Source: a virus
Lineage: Duplodnaviria > Caudoviricetes
Strand: one strand, 5' to 3'
IMG/VR virus record: IMGVR_UViG_3300025131_000048
Span: 1 to 54,913 of that record
Length of the DNA: 54,913 nucleotides
Shown here: in pieces, positions 1 through 7,789 of the stretch
How positions within the stretch are numbered: position 1 is the stretch's first letter
Layout: every line of letters starts with the position of its first letter
Notes under the pieces: model-generated
The model's database searches: none
Told to the model about the DNA's origin: nothing
The model's input: the letters and a program-made list of their open reading frames with translations, nothing else
Made by a program: the position numbers and the translations under genes

Positions 1-9
1 GTAATCAAG

Positions 10-792
10 ATGATCACGGACATAAAACAACAAAAGCTTAATATCGATTTAGATTCTATTAAGCCACAACTGGTGTCCGTCGCCGGCAAGAATTTTATAC
101 AGAGGCTTCAGACGAGCAGCCCGGTGGTCGACTATAATCCGTTTGGGACCGTGACGGGCCGATTGACCACGATGCGCGACACCTTTCCTATTCTGACTCT
201 TAACAAAGAGTTCCGCGGTTGTCTACATCCTAACAACGATTGGTTTCTAGAGTTAGATTATAACGCGGCCGAAATACGGACCCTCCTGGCTCTCTCTGGA
301 CTCCCTCAACCTAAAGGTGATATTCATGAGTGGAACCGTAAGCACGTCTACAAGGGGGAAGGCACCCGCGACGAAGTGAAGAAAAGAATATTTGCGTGGT
401 TGTATAACTCAAAGTCTGAAGACCAGTTGTCCTCGCGCGCATATGACAAAGAGTTAGTTAAAAACAAGTATTGGGATGGTCAGACCATTATAACTGAATT
501 TGACAGAGAGATAAAAGATGTTGACGACCATCACGCGTTGAATTATATTATTCAGAGTACAACTAGCGATTTGGTTCTTTCGAAAGCACTCCTTCTCCAC
601 GAACGACTCGCAGACATGGAAAGTCGAATAGCTTTTATGATGCATGACTCCATTGTTATTGATTTAAAGAATTCCGAGAGATCTGTTATTATAGAGCTTC
701 TGCAACTATTTGGCAATACTCGCTTTGGCAAGTACAAGGTAAATCTTTCTCTTGGCAAAAATTTTGGAGATATGAAGAGGACAAACCTATAG
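10..792 (+). CDS. polA: Divergent family A DNA polymerase, polymerase domain (probably 5'-truncated by the window edge)
   Basis: TVTGRLT, motif A-like ELDYNAAEIR, motif B-like RDEVKKRIFAWLY, NYIIQST and motif C-like MHDSIV; the frame is open to position 1. Confidence 0.8.
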   Translation: MITDIKQQKLNIDLDSIKPQLVSVAGKNFIQRLQTSSPVVDYNPFGTVTGRLTTMRDTFPILTLNKEFRGCLHPNNDWFLELDYNAAEIRTLLALSGLPQPKGDIHEWNRKHVYKGEGTRDEVKKRIFAWLYNSKSEDQLSSRAYDKELVKNKYWDGQTIITEFDREIKDVDDHHALNYIIQSTTSDLVLSKALLLHERLADMESRIAFMMHDSIVIDLKNSERSVIIELLQLFGNTRFGKYKVNLSLGKNFGDMKRTNL

Positions 793-1100
793 TGGCTAAA
801 AAACATTACCGAAAGCTTGTACGAGATAAAATTCCCGAGATTATTGAGAACGAGGGCAAGACTTGCAAATCACACCGTGCAACCGAAAAAACTTATTTGC
901 GCTTTCTAACTAAAAAGCTTGTGGAGGAGGCAAAAGAATTCCAGGCTGATCCGAGCGATGAAGAATTAGCAGACGTGTGGGAAGTAATGTGGGCGATTAC
1001 CCTTTATCGTGGTCATACCCATTGGGCCGCTCTAGCACAGAAGGCCAAGACCAAGGGACGCTTTAACGAGCGCCTTATATTAGATTGGGTGGAAGAATGA
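792..1100 (+). CDS. MazG-like/PRA-PH nucleoside triphosphate pyrophosphohydrolase
   Basis: KLVRDKIPEII and KLVEEAKEF...EELADVWEV (EExxE...ELAD pattern). Confidence 0.8.
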   Translation: MAKKHYRKLVRDKIPEIIENEGKTCKSHRATEKTYLRFLTKKLVEEAKEFQADPSDEELADVWEVMWAITLYRGHTHWAALAQKAKTKGRFNERLILDWVEE

Positions 1101-1954
1101 ACATAGTTGGTCTGGGTAAAGCTGGTTGCGCCATAGCGGACTGCTTCTCAAAATTCCCCCAGTATGAAATATATAAATTCGACCACAGTTTGGAAGGAAA
1201 TAATTGTTTTAGCCTTCCTCTCTGCTCTTCTCATGAAGAATATGAGCAAAAGTGCCCCGATTTCCGAAAAAGGCTTCAGAATGTCTCTGGAGAGCTTCTT
1301 TTTGTGGTCTCCGGCGCCGGAAAAGCCTCAGGATGCTCTCTGAGGCTCCTGGAGCAGTTCTCAGACGTTTTAGTCTCGATCCTATACGTGGAGCCGGATC
1401 GTACCCTTTTAAGCGAAGTAGAGACGACTCAGGAGACAATTGTGAAAAACATTCTCCAAGAATACGCCCGATCCGGCGTTTTTGAGAGAATCTACCTTAT
1501 TAGTAACTCATCTATTGAGAAAAGCATCGGAGAAATCCCCATTATAGGTTATTATGACACCCTGAACCAGGCAATTGTGAATACTTTGCATATGGTCAAT
1601 GTTTTTAAAAATTCAGAACCTGTTTTGGGGACTTTTACACAGCCTCACGAGATCGCTCGTGTTTCAACCCTCGGCGTGGTCGACATAGAAGAAAATGAAG
1701 AAAAGTGGTTTTTTGACTTGCAAGTTCCGCGAGATGTGGTATACTATTATGGTATTGGTGAAGAAGACCTAAGGACGGACACAACACTTTTGAAGAAAAT
1801 TACGGACTACGTGAAAAATAAGGTAGATGAAAAAATTAACGTATCATACGGAATTTATCAAACTGCCTATGAACAAAAATATTGTTATTGCATTAAGCAC
1901 AGTTCTGTGGTACAATCATATATAGATAAAGTAGACGATCAGGATATTGGCTGA
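1097..1954 (+). CDS. Tubulin/FtsZ-like GTPase (PhuZ-like), divergent
   Basis: N-terminal IVGLGKAGCAIAD loop and a degenerate GGGTGSG signature (SGAGKASG); ATGA overlap with the upstream stop. Confidence 0.6.
   Translation: MNIVGLGKAGCAIADCFSKFPQYEIYKFDHSLEGNNCFSLPLCSSHEEYEQKCPDFRKRLQNVSGELLFVVSGAGKASGCSLRLLEQFSDVLVSILYVEPDRTLLSEVETTQETIVKNILQEYARSGVFERIYLISNSSIEKSIGEIPIIGYYDTLNQAIVNTLHMVNVFKNSEPVLGTFTQPHEIARVSTLGVVDIEENEEKWFFDLQVPRDVVYYYGIGEEDLRTDTTLLKKITDYVKNKVDEKINVSYGIYQTAYEQKYCYCIKHSSVVQSYIDKVDDQDIG
1888..1916 (+). promoter_or_regulatory. sigma70-type promoter for the SSB gene
   Basis: TTGCAT-N17-TACAAT with extended TG. Confidence 0.5.
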
Positions 1955-1988
1955 TCGTACTCTAGCCTAACAAAAAGGAGAAATAATT

Positions 1989-2777
1989 ATGGCTATTAAT
2001 TTAGATAAGATGCGAGAGAAGCTCGCAACGGTGCGCGGTGAAAACCGCGATAAGGACACCTTCTGGCGTCCGAACGATGGTGATCAGGACATTCGAATTG
2101 TCCCGACTGCCGACCAGGACCCCTTCAAGGAGAAGTGGTTCCATTACAACCTGGGAAGCAACCCAGGCTTTTTATGCCCTAAGCGTAACTACAGCGATGA
2201 CTGTCCAGTTTGCGAATTCGCTTCGCAGCTGTGGCGTGACGGTGTAGAGAATAATGATGACGAAAGCAAGAAGCTCGCCAAGAGTCTTTTTGTGCGCGCT
2301 CGATTCTTTTCCCCGGTTTTGGTCCGCGGTATGGAAGACCGCGGCGTGCGTATTTGGGGTTACGGGAAGATGGCTTACGAGCAGCTTCTCGGTCTCGTGC
2401 TCAATCCGGAGTACGGAGATATTACAGACCCCGAGACCGGAACCGATCTCACCCTGAACTACGGAAAGCCCGCGGGAGCGTCTTTCCCACAGACCAAGCT
2501 GCAGCCTCGTCGCCGCAGCTCTGAGCTGTGCGAGGACATGACTCCCGACTCATGCTCCGAGCTTCTTGAGAGCATCCCCGATTTTGACGATCTCTTTGAG
2601 CGTAAGTCAACCGAAGAGGTTGGCACTATGCTGGATGGCTTCGTTAACGGCGGCGTCGAAGACGCCGAGGCGGTTTCTTCCGAAACCAGTAAGTTCGGTG
2701 GGACTCAGACTAGTGATACTACGTCTGGTGAGACAAATGCAGTTGACGCTGCTTTTGCAGAGCTGGGCGCTCTTTAA
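1989..2777 (+). CDS. T4 gp32-like single-stranded DNA-binding protein
   Basis: FWRP...IRIVP, H..CP...CPVCE zinc site, YGDITDP, acidic tail ending DAAFAEL; AAGGAG SD. Confidence 0.85.
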   Translation: MAINLDKMREKLATVRGENRDKDTFWRPNDGDQDIRIVPTADQDPFKEKWFHYNLGSNPGFLCPKRNYSDDCPVCEFASQLWRDGVENNDDESKKLAKSLFVRARFFSPVLVRGMEDRGVRIWGYGKMAYEQLLGLVLNPEYGDITDPETGTDLTLNYGKPAGASFPQTKLQPRRRSSELCEDMTPDSCSELLESIPDFDDLFERKSTEEVGTMLDGFVNGGVEDAEAVSSETSKFGGTQTSDTTSGETNAVDAAFAELGAL

Positions 2778-2835
2778 TTGTCTCCCGCAGGGAGGCCCGG
2801 GGTTACAGGGGTCTCAACTAATTTAGGAGATAGAT

Positions 2836-2961
2836 ATGGAACTGTTGCCCGCTCTTGCATTTTTTACCGGTGCAGGTTATTTGGTATATCGTCTGGTCAA
2901 GCTAGACACAGAGATTAGCCGCCTTAAGGCTAAGATTGAGGATCTTAATGGCGAGGAATAA
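2836..2961 (+). CDS. Small membrane protein (41 aa, not in the ORF track)
   Basis: AGGAG SD; MELLPALAFFTGAGYLVYRLVKLD hydrophobic N-terminus followed by a short coiled coil. Confidence 0.55.
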   Translation: MELLPALAFFTGAGYLVYRLVKLDTEISRLKAKIEDLNGEE

Positions 2962-4063
2962 ATCTAAGGTCGGCAACATAGAGATTGCCGATCTACGTTC
3001 TTTGATTAACAAGGCCTCCGGAATGGAAGTTGCCTATAATCTCAAGGACGAAAACCCTACAGAAGTTAAAGAGTGGATCCCTACCGGCTCTCGGTGGCTT
3101 AATAGTATTATCTGCCGCGGCAAGCTAGCTGGAATTCCAATTGGGAAGATTAGCGAGATAGCTGGACTGGAGGCTACAGGAAAATCTTTTATAGCTGCCC
3201 AGGTTGCCGGAAATGCTCAAAAGATGGGGATGTCCGTTATCTATATGGATGCCGAGTCGGCAATCGACCCCTCGTTCCTAGAACGCGCTGGATGCGACCT
3301 AGATGAGCTTATCTACGTTCAGGTACAATCTGTTGAGCAAGTGCTTGAAACTATTGAGAGTATCCTCAATGCCGGACACGAAAGGACACTGTTTATTTGG
3401 GATTCGCTGGCCCTTACACCGTCCATTTCAGATGTAGAGGGCGATTTCAACCCTCAATCATCCATGGCAGTAAAAGCCCGCATCCTGGCAAAGGGAATGT
3501 CAAAGTTGACGATCCCCATTGCGAACAGTCAGTCAAGCTTTCTGGTGTTGAATCAGCTTAAGACAAACATTACTCGCTTCCCAGCGGAAGCGATGACCAC
3601 CCCATATGTCACTCCGGGCGGAAAGGCAATGATTTATGCCTACTCTCTCAGAATCTGGCTCACGGGCCGAAAAGCCAAGGCAAGCTTTGTTCTTGACGAC
3701 AACGGGTTCCGTATTGGATCCGAGGTTAAAGTAAAGCTTGAGAAGTCTCGCTTCGGCACCCAGGGGCGAAATTGTGCCTTTAAAATTCTATGGGGCGAAG
3801 AAGTTGGAATTCAAGATGAAGAATCTTGGTTCGAAGCTATCAAAGGATCTGACAAGATTAAGAGAGCGGGCGCATGGTATGCGCTTGTCTACGACGACGG
3901 GACTGAAGAAAAGTTCATGGGCTCTCATTGGGTAGGAAAGCTTCAGGATGAAAAGTTCCGAAATCGTGTACTAGAAATCATGGATAAAGAAATTATTATG
4001 AAGTTTGATAAGCGCATCGGAGAAGCACAAGAATTTTATACTCTGGATGGCGAAGAAGAATAG
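2948..4063 (+). CDS. recA: RecA/UvsX recombinase
   Basis: IPTGS, Walker A GLEATGKS, YMDAE, WDSLA, LNQL, TPGG. Confidence 0.95.
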   Translation: MARNKSKVGNIEIADLRSLINKASGMEVAYNLKDENPTEVKEWIPTGSRWLNSIICRGKLAGIPIGKISEIAGLEATGKSFIAAQVAGNAQKMGMSVIYMDAESAIDPSFLERAGCDLDELIYVQVQSVEQVLETIESILNAGHERTLFIWDSLALTPSISDVEGDFNPQSSMAVKARILAKGMSKLTIPIANSQSSFLVLNQLKTNITRFPAEAMTTPYVTPGGKAMIYAYSLRIWLTGRKAKASFVLDDNGFRIGSEVKVKLEKSRFGTQGRNCAFKILWGEEVGIQDEESWFEAIKGSDKIKRAGAWYALVYDDGTEEKFMGSHWVGKLQDEKFRNRVLEIMDKEIIMKFDKRIGEAQEFYTLDGEEE

Positions 4064-4066
4064 TGG

Positions 4067-4085
4067 AGACTATTTATAGTGGAGA
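4067..4085 (+). promoter_or_regulatory. Putative late promoter plus SD
   Basis: AGACTATTTATAGTGGAGA, identical to 10490-10508. Confidence 0.6.
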
Positions 4086-4092
4086 CACACTT

Positions 4093-4977
4093 ATGAAACT
4101 TATAATGGAGAACTGGCGCAGGTATTTAAACGAACAAGAAGGGGCGGCATCGCCATTACAAAAGGTGGCAGGAAAACTAGGAGATCCCGGAACAAGTTTG
4201 TCACAATATGTTGCGATTCTTAAGAAGTACGCTAGCGACCCAGCCTTCCGCCAACTTGCTCTCGCAGGGCACACCGACACCGCCGGACCGGAGGATGAAC
4301 AGGTTTCCGTCGAGAGGACTTCTATCGGAGCCGATAAACTAACAGCTACACAAGCGGAAATTGGATTTAGTAACAGTCTAGCCGATCAGGTGACAAATAA
4401 ATATAATGCCACCAAGGCCGCTCTGGGACTAGAGGGCGAACCAATTATCATGCCCAGTCCGGACAATCCTCCTCCCGCAATTCTTATTTATAATGGCAGA
4501 TATATTTTGGACGGACACCATCGTTGGTCACAAGTTATGATGACAAACCCGACCGGCGTCGTAGCTGTCGACAATGTGACAGGTCCAGCGATAGATGATG
4601 AAGAAGAGGCCCTCAAGACAATGCAGTTAGCAATCGCTGCAGCAGCCGGCAACGTGGTGACTAAGCCATTTGAGGGCGCTAATTTGATGCAAGCAACTCC
4701 GGAACAAGTCTATGCATTCGTTGTAAAAGAGATTACGGACGAAGTATTGCAATTATTGGTAGAGAAAGGGAAGATACCAGAGCCCTCGAAAGAGCTTGCA
4801 GGCAAATATTACGCCGGTAACCTGGGGGTTATCAAGAAAGCTCAAGGCAAGTTCTCAAGAGAGAAGTCTATGCCCCAAGCCGGCAAGTCCGGAACCTCTC
4901 AGGGAGAGGTCAATGATTTGCTTGGCACTGGGAAAGTTAATTTCGACGCACCCGTCGCTAGCGATGTAAAGAAATAA
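4093..4977 (+). CDS. ParB/Srx-like domain protein with ENW leader (putative virion-internal protein)
   Basis: MKLIMENWRRYLNE leader; LTATQ and ILDGHHRW ParB-N motif. Confidence 0.7.
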   Translation: MKLIMENWRRYLNEQEGAASPLQKVAGKLGDPGTSLSQYVAILKKYASDPAFRQLALAGHTDTAGPEDEQVSVERTSIGADKLTATQAEIGFSNSLADQVTNKYNATKAALGLEGEPIIMPSPDNPPPAILIYNGRYILDGHHRWSQVMMTNPTGVVAVDNVTGPAIDDEEEALKTMQLAIAAAAGNVVTKPFEGANLMQATPEQVYAFVVKEITDEVLQLLVEKGKIPEPSKELAGKYYAGNLGVIKKAQGKFSREKSMPQAGKSGTSQGEVNDLLGTGKVNFDAPVASDVKK

Positions 4978-4992
4978 ACTCTAACTAAACCC

Positions 4993-5021
4993 TTGACACT
5001 GAAGCTCCTATAGGTTATACT
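4993..5021 (+). promoter_or_regulatory. sigma70-type promoter
   Basis: TTGACA-N17-TATACT. Confidence 0.75.
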
Positions 5022-5034
5022 TATAGGAGCTTTT
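5002..5034 (+). terminator. Intrinsic terminator hairpin overlapping the -10 box
   Basis: AAGCTCCTATAGG-TTATA-CTTATAGGAGCTT followed by TT. Confidence 0.65.
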
Positions 5035-5049
5035 ACTATTGGAGTCTCC

Positions 5050-5436
5050 TTGAAAAAGACCAAGCGTTATATATCCCTCGCCAAGAAAATTGCAGAACAG
5101 TCAGACTATGGAAAGTTTAGGCATGGTGCGGTTCTGGTTAGAGGAAGTTCAGTTCGAAATATGGCATGCAATAAGTATCGTCATTGTCATTTTGGAAAAA
5201 GGTTCCGCGAAGCCAACACTGGCAACGCCACACTTCACGCCGAACTGGGGGTTATCCTAGGAATGGATCGTTCAGTCACACAGGGGGCGACAGTATATAC
5301 TGCGCGTGTAAATAAAGAAGGATCGGCCCGAATGAGTAAGCCATGCCCCATGTGTGAGAACGCAATGCGACACGTGGGAATAAAAAGAGTTGTATATACC
5401 GACAGAAGTGGTAGAATAGAGACGATGACCCTATGA
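5050..5436 (+). CDS. Cytidine/dCMP deaminase-family Zn protein
   Basis: HGAVLV, HAE, KPCPMC, GIKRVVY. Confidence 0.8.
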   Translation: MKKTKRYISLAKKIAEQSDYGKFRHGAVLVRGSSVRNMACNKYRHCHFGKRFREANTGNATLHAELGVILGMDRSVTQGATVYTARVNKEGSARMSKPCPMCENAMRHVGIKRVVYTDRSGRIETMTL

Positions 5437-6401
5437 AAAGACTGATGATAGTAGATGCCCTCAATATGTATTTTAGGGCTTATATAGTAGATCCGAGTTT
5501 GTCTACAAACGGACACCCGATAGGCGGCGTCAAAGGATTTATGAAGATACTGCAAAAGCTTTCTCGGGATCTTAAGCCCGACCTTATAGCTATGTGCTGG
5601 GATGGCCCCGGAGGTTCTAACAAGAGAAGGCAGATAGTCAAAGAATATAAGGAGGGCCGAAAGCCCATCCGCCTCAATCGAGACACAGACTTGTCTGAGA
5701 ACGAGGAGCTAGAGAACAAAATATGGCAACAGACGAGGGCCATAGAGTACGTTAATCAGCTACCGGTCCCCCAGTTTATGTTTCCAGAAGTGGAGGCAGA
5801 CGACGTGATCGCTTACATAGCACACTCACCACAGTTTAAGGGATGGCAAAAAATTATAGTCTCCAGTGATAAAGACTTTTTGCAGCTCTGCGACGAGGAA
5901 ACAGTTTTATTCCGACCCATCCAAAAGAAAGTTCATAATCGCAACAACGTAATAGAAGACTTCGGCATCCACCCTCTCAACTTTGCGTTGGCCCGAGCCA
6001 TCGCCGGAGATAAGTCTGACAACCTCAAGGGTGTTCCCGGAGCGGGACTCCCCACGGTTCAAAAAAGATTGCCATTTTTATCTGAGGCAAAAGAGTACTC
6101 AATTCAAGAGGTTATGGATTATTGCGAGAATATCGACAGCAAGGTCCTATTTTTTGACCGCGTAACGGATCACAAAAGCCTAATTATAAGGAACTACAAG
6201 TTGATGCAATTGTATGATCCCACCCTTTCGCTTCAAGGCAGAAAAAAAATAGATCATGTTTTTGAAAATCTTGGATATGAATTTAATAAGACACAAGTAA
6301 TAAAAATGATGAATGAAGACGGGTTTGGGGTGTATAATTGGGGTGATTTATTTGCCGTCATGAATCGTATTTCTGTTGACAAAGCACTTAAAGTAAGATA
6401 G
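5433..6401 (+). CDS. 5'-3' exonuclease/flap endonuclease (PolI N-terminal, T4 RNase H-like)
   Basis: IVDALN, EADDVIA, SSDKDFLQL, GDKSDNLKGVPGAG. Confidence 0.92.
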   Translation: MKRLMIVDALNMYFRAYIVDPSLSTNGHPIGGVKGFMKILQKLSRDLKPDLIAMCWDGPGGSNKRRQIVKEYKEGRKPIRLNRDTDLSENEELENKIWQQTRAIEYVNQLPVPQFMFPEVEADDVIAYIAHSPQFKGWQKIIVSSDKDFLQLCDEETVLFRPIQKKVHNRNNVIEDFGIHPLNFALARAIAGDKSDNLKGVPGAGLPTVQKRLPFLSEAKEYSIQEVMDYCENIDSKVLFFDRVTDHKSLIIRNYKLMQLYDPTLSLQGRKKIDHVFENLGYEFNKTQVIKMMNEDGFGVYNWGDLFAVMNRISVDKALKVR

Positions 6402-6405
6402 AATA
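6377..6405 (+). promoter_or_regulatory. sigma70-type promoter for the helicase gene
   Basis: TTGACA-N17-TAGAAT. Confidence 0.6.
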
Positions 6406-6421
6406 CGATTAAGAGGAAAGA

Positions 6422-7786
6422 ATGAATTCACAGGAAAAGGTCAATTTTTCACGATATGGTAAAGCTTTTCAAGAGCAACTCTGCATGGTCATACTGGATG
6501 ACCGACCCTTCGCGGACCAGATAGAGGAAGTTCTAGACATTAATTTTCTAGAGCTGCGATACCTCAAACTATTCACAAAAAAGATTTTTGAATACCGGAA
6601 GAAGTATGGCGTACACCCCAGTCGTCAGATCTTTACAACGATTCTGCGCGTCGGCATCGAAGACGAAAATGAAATGACCCAGAAACAAGTGCGTGAATAT
6701 TATGCGCGGGTCATGTCTACCAAGGCGGAGAACGCAGAATATATTAAAGAAACGGCGCTGGATTTCTGCAGGAAACAAAATTTAAAGGGCGCCATGATTA
6801 AGTCTATTGGGCTTCTTCAGAGTTCTTCCTTCGATGAGATAGCTCTTCTTATCAACGACTCTCTCAAGCTTGGAGCCGACAACAATGAAGGATACGATTG
6901 GAAGAAAGATTTCGAAGAGAGATTCAAGCCCAAGTTTCGCAACCCCATTCCCACCGGCTGGACTCTCATTGATGACATATGTAAGGGTGGCCTAGGGCAA
7001 AAAGAGCTGGGTGTTGTTATTGCTCCCACTGGTGCCGGCAAATCTATGGCTCTTGTCCACCTGGGGACGCAAGCGGTTTTGGCGGGGAAGACCGTCATTC
7101 ATTATACTCTAGAGTTGCAAGACACTGTGGTGGGGTCTCGTTATGACAGCTGCATCACTAGGATTCCCCTCTCCAACCTAACTTCCTTCAAAGAAAAGAT
7201 ATATGAAGACATTCAGGAGATAGAGGGTCGACTAATAATCAAAGAATATCCAACCAAAGCAGCGTCTACTCACACCTTGAAAACACACCTTGAGCGACTA
7301 AAGATGAAGGACGTAGAGATAGATCTGATCATAGTAGACTACGCCGATTTGCTAAGACCAGTGATAGCCCAGCGAGAAAAAAGAAATGAGCTAGAGTCGA
7401 TTTATGAGGAATTACGCGGACTTGCGCAAGAATATAAGTGTCCCGTATGGACAGCTTCACAGACAAACCGTTCCGGATTAAACGCAGAAGTGATAACAAT
7501 GGAGTCTATATCCGAAGCTTTTAATAAATGTTTTGTTTCCGACTTCATTTTTAGTATCTCTCGTACCGTAGAAGATAAGCAGACCAACACGGGAAGAGTG
7601 TTTGTTGCCAAGAACAGGAACGGCCCCGATGGGATGGTGTTCCCGCTATTCATGGATACGAGTAATGTGTGCATTAAAGTTCTAGAGGGTGTTACCGACT
7701 CGGAGGACAGCGGCGTTAATTCTAAGACACAGAAGCAAAAGCTGGCCGAGAAATATAAAAAATTTAAGAAAAGCAATGGAGGGTAG
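6422..7786 (+). CDS. dnaB: Replicative DnaB/gp41-like helicase
   Basis: APTGAGKS, YTLE, IIVDYAD, TASQTNR, KNRNG. Confidence 0.92.
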   Translation: MNSQEKVNFSRYGKAFQEQLCMVILDDRPFADQIEEVLDINFLELRYLKLFTKKIFEYRKKYGVHPSRQIFTTILRVGIEDENEMTQKQVREYYARVMSTKAENAEYIKETALDFCRKQNLKGAMIKSIGLLQSSSFDEIALLINDSLKLGADNNEGYDWKKDFEERFKPKFRNPIPTGWTLIDDICKGGLGQKELGVVIAPTGAGKSMALVHLGTQAVLAGKTVIHYTLELQDTVVGSRYDSCITRIPLSNLTSFKEKIYEDIQEIEGRLIIKEYPTKAASTHTLKTHLERLKMKDVEIDLIIVDYADLLRPVIAQREKRNELESIYEELRGLAQEYKCPVWTASQTNRSGLNAEVITMESISEAFNKCFVSDFIFSISRTVEDKQTNTGRVFVAKNRNGPDGMVFPLFMDTSNVCIKVLEGVTDSEDSGVNSKTQKQKLAEKYKKFKKSNGG

Positions 7787-7789
7787 TTG

